DNA of 64,000 nucleotides from an uncultured Ignavibacteriaceae bacterium (GTDB lineage Bacteria; Bacteroidota; Ignavibacteria; UBA10030): NCBI GenBank assembly GCA_964362905.1, contig CAYIHQ010000001.1, positions 65,163 to 129,162 of the forward strand, read 5' to 3'. Shown piece by piece: positions 1 to 8,512 of this stretch (position 1 is its first letter; each line of letters starts with the position of its first letter). The notes under the pieces were generated by a model. It saw only the letters and a program-made list of their open reading frames with translations, ran no database searches and was not told where the DNA came from. The position numbers and the translations under genes were made by a program.

Positions 1-560
1 GGCTTGTGAAATACTGGTCCATGTCCGAGAGGTGCCTCACCAGCATAGCTACTCGCTGTACCGGGGCTGAAGCTATACCAGGTGTGTCCCGGGCGCATCA
101 GGCCAGTTACATTCGGGTCGTGCGATCGAAAGTGCCCCTCTTTCAGAGCCCGATGTAGCTCATCATGGGACATCCCACGGAAGAGATGCTGGTAGTCAGT
201 GACCGCCGGAATGTGCTCATGGAGGTGACTTAGCGGCTTGGGAACCACGGTCTTCGCACCAGGAAGATAGTGGTGATCTACTAGCTGTGCAATCCGCGTG
301 TCGTAATAGATATGCCCATGGCGAGCAATGTGCTTGCCTACTACCTTCGGATGAATGTGCAGATCGAAATTGCCAACCTCTTGCCTGCTCGGATGCGCCT
401 TTACAACATACCTCCCACTACTGAGAAGATGTCGCAGACGATGCTCATGCTCCCCCAGCTCTACATGCTGCGGGAGTCCGGCATCTTGCATACCCCAACG
501 TACCTCAGCATCCGCATGTAGCCTAGGATACACAGTAGGATTCAGCTTGTAGCTAGACAT
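1..560 (-). CDS. Partial CDS (first ~186 codons; runs off the window start). Homolog of the C-terminal module of the 624-aa protein at 3888..5762
   Basis: Absent from the ORF track because it is open-ended. The ATG at 560 overlaps the stop of 553..1170. My translation is MSSYKLNPTVYPRLHADAEVRWGMQDAGLPQHVEL..LLSSGRYVVKAH..HIYYDTR..LFRGMSHDELHRAL..YSFSPGTASSYA. It aligns block by block with GMRDAGLPPHVEV / LISSGRYRLKAH / KVYYDHR / VWRGMSHEEWHGAL / TTSFSHDPDTARVYA of 3888..5762. Confidence 0.6.
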   Translation of the reverse strand, partial: MSSYKLNPTVYPRLHADAEVRWGMQDAGLPQHVELGEHEHRLRHLLSSGRYVVKAHPSRQEVGNFDLHIHPKVVGKHIARHGHIYYDTRIAQLVDHHYLPGAKTVVPKPLSHLHEHIPAVTDYQHLFRGMSHDELHRALKEGHFRSHDPNVTGLMRPGHTWYSFSPGTASSYAGEAPLGHGPVFHK

Positions 561-1170
561 GGCACGGACAACACAACCAATTGGTACCGATCTGGGAGAG
601 CTGAAGCTCAGGATGCTCCTCAAGCAGCAGCTCCATCTGACGCCTCTGTGGGCTCGGTGTTGACCACGTTGGATTGTAATTCGCAGTCCCCTCGTATACA
701 CAATTTGGTGGGTCCCCGTCCTCGCCCGGACCATCGAACCCACAGAGAAGGATCTTCCTGCACCCGGCTTTGGCCGCAAAACGGATCATCTCGATGCCGG
801 TCAGAGACTGCGCTAGGTAGTCCCACTCGATGATCCTCGGATGGCGTGGTGGTGGCGAAGAGAGCCTGATAGATGATACTCGAAGAGATTCTGGGGTACA
901 GATGAAGTAGTAATGCAGAGGGTAGATCGACCACGCGATCTCACCCGTGATATCCGGATCCACTGCGCCGAGAAAATCAGGCGGTGGCACCACCCCATTC
1001 AGGACATCCCGGTAGTAGCCATTGCAAGCCAGCAGCAGCTTGCCACGGCGCAACGACCAGAGATCGAGCGCTAGACGACTACGCCCATTACCCACCACAA
1101 GGGCCTCCCCTCCCTGGTAGCGGCCAAAGAACTGGCTAGTCGTCAGCAGCGGGGGGTCAAAGAAGGGCAT
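553..1170 (-). CDS. DUF115 / MptE-like (Maf-type glycosyltransferase-like) protein
   Basis: 205-aa ORF with SD GAGGAGGGG upstream. ALVVGNGRSR..LLLACNGYY..PPPDFLGAVDPD and GIEMIRFAAKAGCRKILLCGFDG resemble the GxGPS / PD..v..D / G.D layout of DUF115 Rossmann proteins. Motif recognition only. Confidence 0.5.
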   Translation of the reverse strand: MPFFDPPLLTTSQFFGRYQGGEALVVGNGRSRLALDLWSLRRGKLLLACNGYYRDVLNGVVPPPDFLGAVDPDITGEIAWSIYPLHYYFICTPESLRVSSIRLSSPPPRHPRIIEWDYLAQSLTGIEMIRFAAKAGCRKILLCGFDGPGEDGDPPNCVYEGTANYNPTWSTPSPQRRQMELLLEEHPELQLSQIGTNWLCCPCHV

Positions 1171-1183
1171 CGGTGGCCCCTCC

Positions 1184-2545
1184 TCAGCTCTTCCGGGCCA
1201 GCTCCCACTGCAAGCGCTTGGCGTCCTGCAAGCTCCCGCCCGTCAGCCCAAACCAGTCCGTCGCCGGCTCACCCGCTTCGAGCTTCGAGGCAATCACCTC
1301 CGCATTGGCGTACCCACGCTGCTTCAGCAAGTCCACCAGGCCCAGACCCTGCGCGGTATCCCCCGGCACCGCATCCTCGGTCTGTGCCGCCGCGTCGTCC
1401 TCCACAGCATCCTGCGCATGCGCTTGCTGCAATGCGGTCAGGTCGGCGGGAGAGAGATCAGCCAGCGCGATCCCCGCCTCCTGCACACGCGCCACGATCT
1501 CGGGGCTCACGCTGGCATGGCCATCGAGCGCATCCGCCACCTGAGCCTCGTGCATCTGGGTCACCACCTGCGAGGACACCGCCAGGCTGGTCGCCGCGCT
1601 GGTCACACCGTGGCGGAAGAGCGTGAGCTGGTGCTCCAACGCCGGGTCGAGGGGTGTCAGCTCCCCCTCGGTCAGGGGCTGAGCAGCCCGCTCGCGGCCC
1701 GCCGCTACCACTGCCCTCTGTGCAGGTTCAGCCCTCGGAGTGGGCTCCCCCAGGTAGCCCTTCTCTCGCAGTAGCCCCAGCATCCGGACACCTCGGCTGT
1801 GCGCGCTCTCGGTGGTCACCCGCTCTGCCGTGGTGGCCGCAGCGCCCGCCCCCACGGCCCCCGCACCAGCCACAGCCTCCTTCTTTCGTGGTGCGTTTCG
1901 TGGTGCGGTCACCTCACGGGCCTTGACGAGGGACTTCTGTGTGGGGAGCACCCCACCTCCGGGACCGACCTTCGCAGGGTCATCGCAGGCCTCACGGAGG
2001 GGATCAACTGCGACGTTGTAGACGAAGCGGCCTTCCTCGCTGTTTCCGATCTTCGCCAGCGAGGCCACCTTGCCGAGCGTCACCACGCCCGCCGCTTCCT
2101 CCAGCCCGAGGACATAGTAGCGGCCCGGGTGGAGATCACCACGAGTAGGCTTCCCGATGGGCTGTGTACCGTGCATCTCAATCTGGTAGCCCTCGACCTT
2201 CTTTCCCAGACTCAGCCAAGTACCCTCTTTGATGGGCAGGGTCTTGCCATAGGCGCCAGCCTGATTCTTCGCCCCCGGAGGATTCTCCGGCGACAGCTCG
2301 GCACCATCATGCGCCTTGGGATCGTTCTCCAACAGGACGCGCCCACCGTAGAGCGTGGCATCGTGGAAGACCCCATAATCGCTGGTGGTGGGTACCACGT
2401 AGCCATAGGCATCTCGCGTCACCAGCGTTGGGGATCCGAGGTTTTTCGTCAGCCCAAAACGAGACGCTTTCAAATGCGATTCGGTCAGCCGCCGGCTCGT
2501 CGATGGGCTCAGGCTCGGGAAGGCGAGAACTACACAGTCTGACAT
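1184..2545 (-). CDS. Hypothetical protein (453 aa) with an Ala-rich central linker
   Basis: Long ORF with SD GAGGAA about 8 nt upstream of the ATG. No motif recognised. Confidence 0.7.
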   Translation of the reverse strand: MSDCVVLAFPSLSPSTSRRLTESHLKASRFGLTKNLGSPTLVTRDAYGYVVPTTSDYGVFHDATLYGGRVLLENDPKAHDGAELSPENPPGAKNQAGAYGKTLPIKEGTWLSLGKKVEGYQIEMHGTQPIGKPTRGDLHPGRYYVLGLEEAAGVVTLGKVASLAKIGNSEEGRFVYNVAVDPLREACDDPAKVGPGGGVLPTQKSLVKAREVTAPRNAPRKKEAVAGAGAVGAGAAATTAERVTTESAHSRGVRMLGLLREKGYLGEPTPRAEPAQRAVVAAGRERAAQPLTEGELTPLDPALEHQLTLFRHGVTSAATSLAVSSQVVTQMHEAQVADALDGHASVSPEIVARVQEAGIALADLSPADLTALQQAHAQDAVEDDAAAQTEDAVPGDTAQGLGLVDLLKQRGYANAEVIASKLEAGEPATDWFGLTGGSLQDAKRLQWELARKS

Positions 2546-2575
2546 TTCACGGTTCCTCAGCTATCTCAACGAATC

Positions 2576-2776
2576 CTATCCCTGGAGACGCACCATCTTC
2601 CCGGAGGCCAAGCCTCTCTCAATTGAAGAGGTGGTTACTATCTTCGGTTTGTCCGTCGGTTCGTGCCCAAGGATTTCCACGTAACCATTCGAGAGAACTC
2701 TCTTCACGGTGAAGGGCTTTCTCGTGATGGCATCCACCACGAGATTACCCTCCCTGGCCGAGACATTGCTAGCCAC
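2576..2776 (-). CDS. Hypothetical small protein (66 aa)
   Basis: ORF co-directional with its neighbours. It overlaps the end of the upstream gene by 8 nt. Confidence 0.45.
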   Translation of the reverse strand: MASNVSAREGNLVVDAITRKPFTVKRVLSNGYVEILGHEPTDKPKIVTTSSIERGLASGKMVRLQG

Positions 2777-3854
2777 GCTTGTCCTTTTCTCTGCGTCCCA
2801 TATTCACACCACCAATATGCCCAGGCTTTTTGGCGGACTGAACACGAATAGCCTTCTCGATCACAGCGATGAGCCGATCGAGAAGCCCTTCTGGAAGCTG
2901 CTTGACCTTCCCTGTTTGTCGTGCCGATGCCGGCTCCTCCGGAGGAACCTCCAGCTTGAGGCTCCGGTAGCGATTCTCGTAGTCTACCAGCTCCTGCGCG
3001 GTCGCATAAGCAGAAGAGGTATTCACGTAGGATCCATCGGCGAGGCGTACGAGATAGTGGCGGGTCGTCCCCACTCCATGTACCTCCGCCACCACCCCGG
3101 ACAACACAGCATCTCCCTCTCCCAGCACCCACACGGAGTCGCTGGGGTGGAAATCATGCTGTGGCCTAGAGGGAGTAACAGACACAGGCGACAGACCAGT
3201 ATTCTTACCCTCCGCGTAGGGCGTAAAGCACTCTGTCTTGTCCTTGTCGTGCAGCACCCGGCGACCCCGACAATCCGTGGTGTCCGACTGGGGCGCAACA
3301 CCCTTCCCTTGAAATTGTCTCCGCTGCTTCTTGGACTCGCCGAAGCCCCTGCCCGTATCTCGCATGGTGCCGGTGCCATCCGCCTGGCTGATCCTCTGAA
3401 TCACCTCACCGGGATCTCGGCCTGTAGTGGGCTGCACCAGATACACGTAGGTACCAGTCGTGGGATCATCCTCTGGCTTGGCCACCATCTCCACCTCCCC
3501 GATGTTGGCCAGCACTCCACGGATATGATCCGTCTTGGAGCCGATCCGATCATCCAGATAGACCTGCACATTCCTCCCCACCTGAAGCACCTCGACGAGG
3601 TTGTCATCGTAGCCAGCGTCAATCAATAGCGCGATCACGCTGGAGACAAAGCTGCTACCCTTGCTACCACCCTCCTTACCCTTCTTCTCAGCACTTTCCT
3701 GAAGGGTCGCCGGTGTAAACGAGGTGTCGGAGTTGTAGAGCCGGTCTTTGTACTTCTTCATCCGGAGCCGGGTGTACAAGGGAGAGAGACGAAACTGCTC
3801 CAGGGGAGATGGCCCAGAAGTAGCAGCCTTTGACTCCACGGGAGTGAAGGTCAC
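2769..3854 (-). CDS. Hypothetical protein (361 aa)
   Basis: Long ORF with a GTG start and protein-like composition. No motif recognised. Confidence 0.65.
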   Translation of the reverse strand: MTFTPVESKAATSGPSPLEQFRLSPLYTRLRMKKYKDRLYNSDTSFTPATLQESAEKKGKEGGSKGSSFVSSVIALLIDAGYDDNLVEVLQVGRNVQVYLDDRIGSKTDHIRGVLANIGEVEMVAKPEDDPTTGTYVYLVQPTTGRDPGEVIQRISQADGTGTMRDTGRGFGESKKQRRQFQGKGVAPQSDTTDCRGRRVLHDKDKTECFTPYAEGKNTGLSPVSVTPSRPQHDFHPSDSVWVLGEGDAVLSGVVAEVHGVGTTRHYLVRLADGSYVNTSSAYATAQELVDYENRYRSLKLEVPPEEPASARQTGKVKQLPEGLLDRLIAVIEKAIRVQSAKKPGHIGGVNMGRREKDKRG

Positions 3855-3887
3855 GCGAGCACCACCAGTGATGAGGAACGAAAAGGG

Positions 3888-5762
3888 CTAGCTCTTCAGA
3901 CGATGAAACGGTAGATGCACTTTCTCCCACCCAACACTAGCACTCGGGTGCATCGAGCTACCAGAAATATGCCACACCTTTCCATCGCGGTAGTGAGGGC
4001 GCAGCTCTACGTAGCCGGGTTTCATGGCGTAGACTCGACCCCTGTAAACGGCCTTTACGTGAGAGATCGGAGTAGCATTTGGAACATCAAAGTTTTCATC
4101 TGATTTTCCATACTCAGGAACGGCATCCGCAGGCTTCGGAATCTTCACCAAGTAGGCAGGTCGGTGAAAAGTAGCCTGGTGCCCCTTGGGAGCAAACGCA
4201 TGAGCGTAGACCCGAGCAGTATCTGGATCGTGGGAGAACGACGTAGTGTGTGCCTGGCTCGGGCCGAGGTTGTAGAGAGCATGGGATTTTATGTATCCAG
4301 ACCTTAGAGCCCCGTGCCACTCTTCATGAGACATCCCTCGCCATACATGATGCACGTCCTTTGGCTCCGGAATAGTATCATGGAGTCCAGAGTCTTTCTT
4401 TAGCTGCGCAATATGCTGATCTGGCCACACGGGATGGGGCGTTAGCTCAGCGTACCTATGATCGTAATACACTTTTCCCGCACGTCGAACATGGCGCGTA
4501 GGTCTAGGGTGTATCTCTACCTTATAGTGATCCCGGTCAGCAGCGGCGTGGGCTTTCAGCCGGTAACGCCCACTAGAGATCAGCTTTCTTATCCCGATCT
4601 CGATGGGAGGCACCTCGACATGCGGGGGTAACCCAGCATCCCGCATTCCACGCCGTAGGCTCTCCTCCTCCGACTCCCCCAGCCTTTTTTCTGGGCGTAG
4701 CTTATGAAGCTTACCCAGGTAACGAGGATGTGTGCTGAAAGTAGCACGATAGAGACTAGGCTTTTCTATCCCATAGTCTTTGACGATCTTGGAGGACAGA
4801 GAACGATAGAGACGACGAAGTGTTCCAAAGCTGTGAGGCTTAGGCTTATCAGAGCCAGTGTAAGGAGTATGGACACGCAACAATGACCGACTTAGGTCGC
4901 TATCACGAGAAACTGACAGGGATCCCATGGACGAGCCAGGGTAACGATGGCTCTTCACCGGATACACTTTCGTATGCGCTGTATACTCTGCCTGTTTTCC
5001 AGCACCAAGATACAGCTTGTTCTTCACCCCAGGGCGTAGCCGCCGAATCGGAAGGTTGTGTCCGCTGTGACTCACATGGGTGACATCAGGGATCTTGCTC
5101 GCCGCACGCTTCAATGCCCGCAGCATCCGCCACCTGCGCCCTCCGAGGAGAATATGTGCATCGGGGCTGAAGGTGTGCAGACGCAGCTCTCCCCTATCCT
5201 GCACACCCTTAGCCACAGGCCCAAGAGTTGGATGGTGCAGAGTGTAATTGCGAAGAACCATGGGATTCACGTTCACGGTGTGGCCCCCAACATGTCGAGC
5301 GGGCACAAACCTCATCCCCCGGTCCACAACGGGTGCTCTCTCCTTACCCAGCGGACGCGGTAGCGGGATCAGCAACTTGTGCTCCGGTCGCGCCCCGGAC
5401 ACCCGATCGGCGCTTATGTGGGTCACCCACGGAAAGTGCTTGCCGATCCGCCGTGTTACATGACGAATGTCTTCTGGGGAGAAGAAGTGCTCTCCCGCTA
5501 GTCGCTTCCTCTTCACCTCGCTAGGGAGGGGCGCCCCCAGGTAACCACTGCCACCCATCGCACCCGCCCACCCCACATTGAAACGCCGCCCTATGACACT
5601 GCCATGCAGTATCCCTGCTTTTCCCTGTCCTTTTCGCAGCACAGAATAACGCACTTCCCTGCCCTGAGGTGATATGCGAGAAGGCTTGTCCAGGGTTTTG
5701 CGCACCAAGACGGAGACGGGCTTGGCGGCTTCGCTGAAGCAAGGAGCGAGAAAGAACCTCAT
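3888..5762 (-). CDS. Modular basic protein (624 aa). The N-terminal ~350 aa are paralogous to 5759..6787; the C-terminal module is shared with the partial CDS 1..560
   Basis: Collinear similarity to the neighbour: GEHFFSPEDIRHVTRRIGKHFPWVT vs GERYFSPGDIRRVTRRVGKHFPWVT; HHPTLGPV in both; HSFGTLRRLYRSLSS vs VSFGNLRRLYRTVSS. The C-terminal WRG...TTSFS pattern is ART-like but speculative. Confidence 0.75.
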   Translation of the reverse strand: MRFFLAPCFSEAAKPVSVLVRKTLDKPSRISPQGREVRYSVLRKGQGKAGILHGSVIGRRFNVGWAGAMGGSGYLGAPLPSEVKRKRLAGEHFFSPEDIRHVTRRIGKHFPWVTHISADRVSGARPEHKLLIPLPRPLGKERAPVVDRGMRFVPARHVGGHTVNVNPMVLRNYTLHHPTLGPVAKGVQDRGELRLHTFSPDAHILLGGRRWRMLRALKRAASKIPDVTHVSHSGHNLPIRRLRPGVKNKLYLGAGKQAEYTAHTKVYPVKSHRYPGSSMGSLSVSRDSDLSRSLLRVHTPYTGSDKPKPHSFGTLRRLYRSLSSKIVKDYGIEKPSLYRATFSTHPRYLGKLHKLRPEKRLGESEEESLRRGMRDAGLPPHVEVPPIEIGIRKLISSGRYRLKAHAAADRDHYKVEIHPRPTRHVRRAGKVYYDHRYAELTPHPVWPDQHIAQLKKDSGLHDTIPEPKDVHHVWRGMSHEEWHGALRSGYIKSHALYNLGPSQAHTTSFSHDPDTARVYAHAFAPKGHQATFHRPAYLVKIPKPADAVPEYGKSDENFDVPNATPISHVKAVYRGRVYAMKPGYVELRPHYRDGKVWHISGSSMHPSASVGWEKVHLPFHRLKS

Positions 5763-6787
5763 TTTACTCGCCAGGGCCTCAGCTTGCGTATTTTTCCGGG
5801 GCGATCATTACCGTTGGTGTAGATTTCTGTATCCCCTGGTGATCTTCGTAGCACCGCGGAAGAAACCGTTCGGTAAAGACGACGGAGATTGCCAAAGCTA
5901 ACCCTATGAGGAGAGTGAACAGTTGGAGAGTGAACAGTTATACGTGGCAGATTATGCTGTCCGCCCGGTGTCAAACGTATATGAGCACCCGTGTCGCCAT
6001 AGCGATTGCTATGGACCATGAAATCGTTTGATGGAACGAGCGACATTCTATCAACAGTGCGAACAACAGCACGAGATTTACTTCTGAGTGTAAGCCTATC
6101 ATTCACTCCTACTCTTGGACGAAGAGGTATGCGCCTGCCCCCTGTAATCAGCGAGGTAACTCCATGGATCTTCCGGGCGGTATCTGCTACAGCACGAATA
6201 GCATTCCATGGCTTACCTAGTATACTTGCATTTGTAGGAGGGGGGAGATGCAAGGTATCCCCCTTCCGTGTCGCTAAACCTACAGGACCGAGCGTCGGAT
6301 GGTGTACACTATAAGTGCTCTGATCTCCCGTGTCTGTAGCTACTTTTCGCCTTACCAATCTCCATCCTCGGTCTACTGTCTTGTGTGTAACCCCTGGAGG
6401 CTTTGGGATGGGGATAAATACTTGGTGATGTGGGTTAGCCCCAGAAACCCGTCTAGCAGCTAGTTTGGTGACCCACGGGAAGTGCTTACCAACCCGCCTA
6501 GTAACCCGTCGGATATCCCCAGGAGAGAAGTAGCGCTCTCCAGCTTGTCGTTTAGCCTCCGACTCTGGATCACCCGGGTCTACACCTTCGGCACCTGCAT
6601 AATCTACATGAAATATACGACCTGCAATAGTTCCACGTAGCTCACCGACTTTACCCTGCCCTTTCCTATGGATTGCATAGCTTACTTTACGATAAGGAAA
6701 AGACTGCTTGTCAAACACCTTCTTGACGTAGGTTCCGCTACTCCGATCAAGAGCCTCCGTAAAGCGGGGGATAAGACAGAACTTCAT
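5759..6787 (-). CDS. Basic protein (342 aa), tandem paralog of the N-terminal part of 3888..5762
   Basis: See the alignment blocks above. ATGA overlap with the downstream gene at 5759-5762. Confidence 0.75.
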   Translation of the reverse strand: MKFCLIPRFTEALDRSSGTYVKKVFDKQSFPYRKVSYAIHRKGQGKVGELRGTIAGRIFHVDYAGAEGVDPGDPESEAKRQAGERYFSPGDIRRVTRRVGKHFPWVTKLAARRVSGANPHHQVFIPIPKPPGVTHKTVDRGWRLVRRKVATDTGDQSTYSVHHPTLGPVGLATRKGDTLHLPPPTNASILGKPWNAIRAVADTARKIHGVTSLITGGRRIPLRPRVGVNDRLTLRSKSRAVVRTVDRMSLVPSNDFMVHSNRYGDTGAHIRLTPGGQHNLPRITVHSPTVHSPHRVSFGNLRRLYRTVSSAVLRRSPGDTEIYTNGNDRPGKIRKLRPWRVK

Positions 6788-7656
6788 GCGTCGCCACCAC
6801 GCATGAAATTGCGCGCCGCAGAGACCTCACGTCGTCCTAGGGGACGCTTCAGCAGCCAATTCGCAGGGTGTACCCCATGAGCACCCAGATTCTGGTAGAT
6901 CCTAGCCCTTCTGATTATGGGCTTGGGAACCCGCGCAAATCGCGGATCATAGGTAGCCCAGTGTGGTAGCTGCGATCTATCCTTTGGAGTGGGCGGGGGC
7001 TTGAAGTCAAAGCCTGCTCTCTTGAGGCGCTTCTGGACAAACTGCTCTCGATCCCCTGGGTGCAGCACTCCGAGCTGCCGCATCGCGGCATCGTGCTGCC
7101 GCCCAAGACGCTTAGCCATGAACCGCTGGACGGCCACTGCTGGGTGCGGGCTGGGGCTGGGCTGAAGATGGGGACGGGGCTTGTCCGCGGGCTGCACATG
7201 CCATGGCGTTCTCCGCGTAGTCTGCGAGTCGTAACCATACTTGGTCTTGACCAGACGCATGGACGGATCGTAGACCAGACCCCCGGGATGAAGAGTGCGC
7301 TTCGCCTGGACAACCGGCTGATACCTCTTTCTGTGGTATACCGCCAGCGCCCGTGCAGCTCGATCGTAGGCGCTTCCTGGGCTATAACGCATCTTGGGCG
7401 CCGAGCGTGCGGCGGCGAAGCCAGAGCGTGCTGTTGCCAGCAGCTTGGCTAGCCGACTTCGCCGAGTGGTGACATCCACAGGGTGCGCCAGCGCATGGAA
7501 CTTCGACCAGACAGCAGCCGCTTTGCGCGCCCTATTCCCTAGCTCCACCCACTTCTGGTTTTTCCTCGGATCATCCATGGCAATGCTCCGAGCGTGTGCG
7601 AGGTGCTGAGCACGACGCATAACAGCATCCAGCCGAGTACGCCGAGTGGATGACAT
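6784..7656 (-). CDS. Arg/Lys-rich hypothetical protein (290 aa)
   Basis: Long ORF with a 4-nt overlap to the next gene. Strongly basic sequence (RRSRLAKLL, HRKRYQ, IIRRARIY). Confidence 0.65.
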   Translation of the reverse strand: MSSTRRTRLDAVMRRAQHLAHARSIAMDDPRKNQKWVELGNRARKAAAVWSKFHALAHPVDVTTRRSRLAKLLATARSGFAAARSAPKMRYSPGSAYDRAARALAVYHRKRYQPVVQAKRTLHPGGLVYDPSMRLVKTKYGYDSQTTRRTPWHVQPADKPRPHLQPSPSPHPAVAVQRFMAKRLGRQHDAAMRQLGVLHPGDREQFVQKRLKRAGFDFKPPPTPKDRSQLPHWATYDPRFARVPKPIIRRARIYQNLGAHGVHPANWLLKRPLGRREVSAARNFMRGGDA

Positions 7657-7657
7657 A

Positions 7658-8512
7658 TCATTCCCAGGGACGCCTAACCAAGCGGTTTACTCGCAACCAA
7701 CCCTGGAGACGCTTGCGACCCCTGGAACCCCGAGGCTGTAGGAACTTGCTGACGATACCCGCCGAGATATCAGCACGCCTCGCGTGAATCCCACGTAGTG
7801 GTGGATGCACATTCCCAAGCCTGTCCAAGGCCAACACATGCTGCTGGTGGCGATTGCTGTAATCCAGGAGCTTGCGCAGCCTCAGCTTCCGCTCCTCTGG
7901 ATCCACAGCCTCTGCCTTGCTTTTTGCTCGGAATCGGAATCGAAACTTCTTGTGGATCCGAAGGGCTTTCACGGCCACCCAACGAGGCGTTGCCTTCGGT
8001 GCGGCCAAAGCCGCTAGCTCCGTCGAGTGGGGGGATGGAGAGTAAGCGTCATCCGCCTTATTGAACCCACTCAGTTGCCTGCGATATCGTGCCCGCCGAC
8101 CCTTCGCAAATGGAGCTAAAGCAGCGGGAAGACCATAGCGCCCAAAGCCCGCGTCCCGTGCCCTTGGGGTGTCCAGCACGGGTATCGACAGTTTTCGACC
8201 CAACCGCCGGCTCATCCCCCGGACCTTCCGCGTTGCATGGAAGGAGCGCACCACATTCCGCAAGCGATTCAGACGGGTCGCCCGATCTGAAGGTGGCTGC
8301 GAGGAAAATGCACTACCAGCATATCCGGTAGCACTGGTACCTACACTGCGCAGATACTTAGGCCCCTGAATAAGCCCGAGCCCTAGCCTTGGGGGCGCAG
8401 CCTCCACCTTGCGGCGCAGCTTACGCAGCCCCCACTTGGCGGCGCCAAGCAGCCCGCCAGACCACCGATTCAGAAGAAAGGGCGTCTGTGGATCAATCCG
8501 GCGCATCTTCAT
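7658..8512 (-). CDS. Arg/Lys-rich hypothetical protein (~284 aa) containing the block AVDPEERKLRLRKLLDY
   Basis: The track ORF is 7658..8605. I place the start at Met-32 (8512), which forms an ATGA overlap with the stop of 8509..10008. It shares the DPExRKLRLRK..DY..RH block with 37271..37666. Confidence 0.6.
   Translation of the reverse strand: MKMRRIDPQTPFLLNRWSGGLLGAAKWGLRKLRRKVEAAPPRLGLGLIQGPKYLRSVGTSATGYAGSAFSSQPPSDRATRLNRLRNVVRSFHATRKVRGMSRRLGRKLSIPVLDTPRARDAGFGRYGLPAALAPFAKGRRARYRRQLSGFNKADDAYSPSPHSTELAALAAPKATPRWVAVKALRIHKKFRFRFRAKSKAEAVDPEERKLRLRKLLDYSNRHQQHVLALDRLGNVHPPLRGIHARRADISAGIVSKFLQPRGSRGRKRLQGWLRVNRLVRRPWE

Noticed and set aside
3888-5762. A firm ADP-ribosyltransferase annotation for the C-terminal module
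   Set aside because: Only the R and S-x-S elements are discernible by eye, and no convincing ExE motif was found. It is kept as a hypothesis in the findings, not as a feature call.
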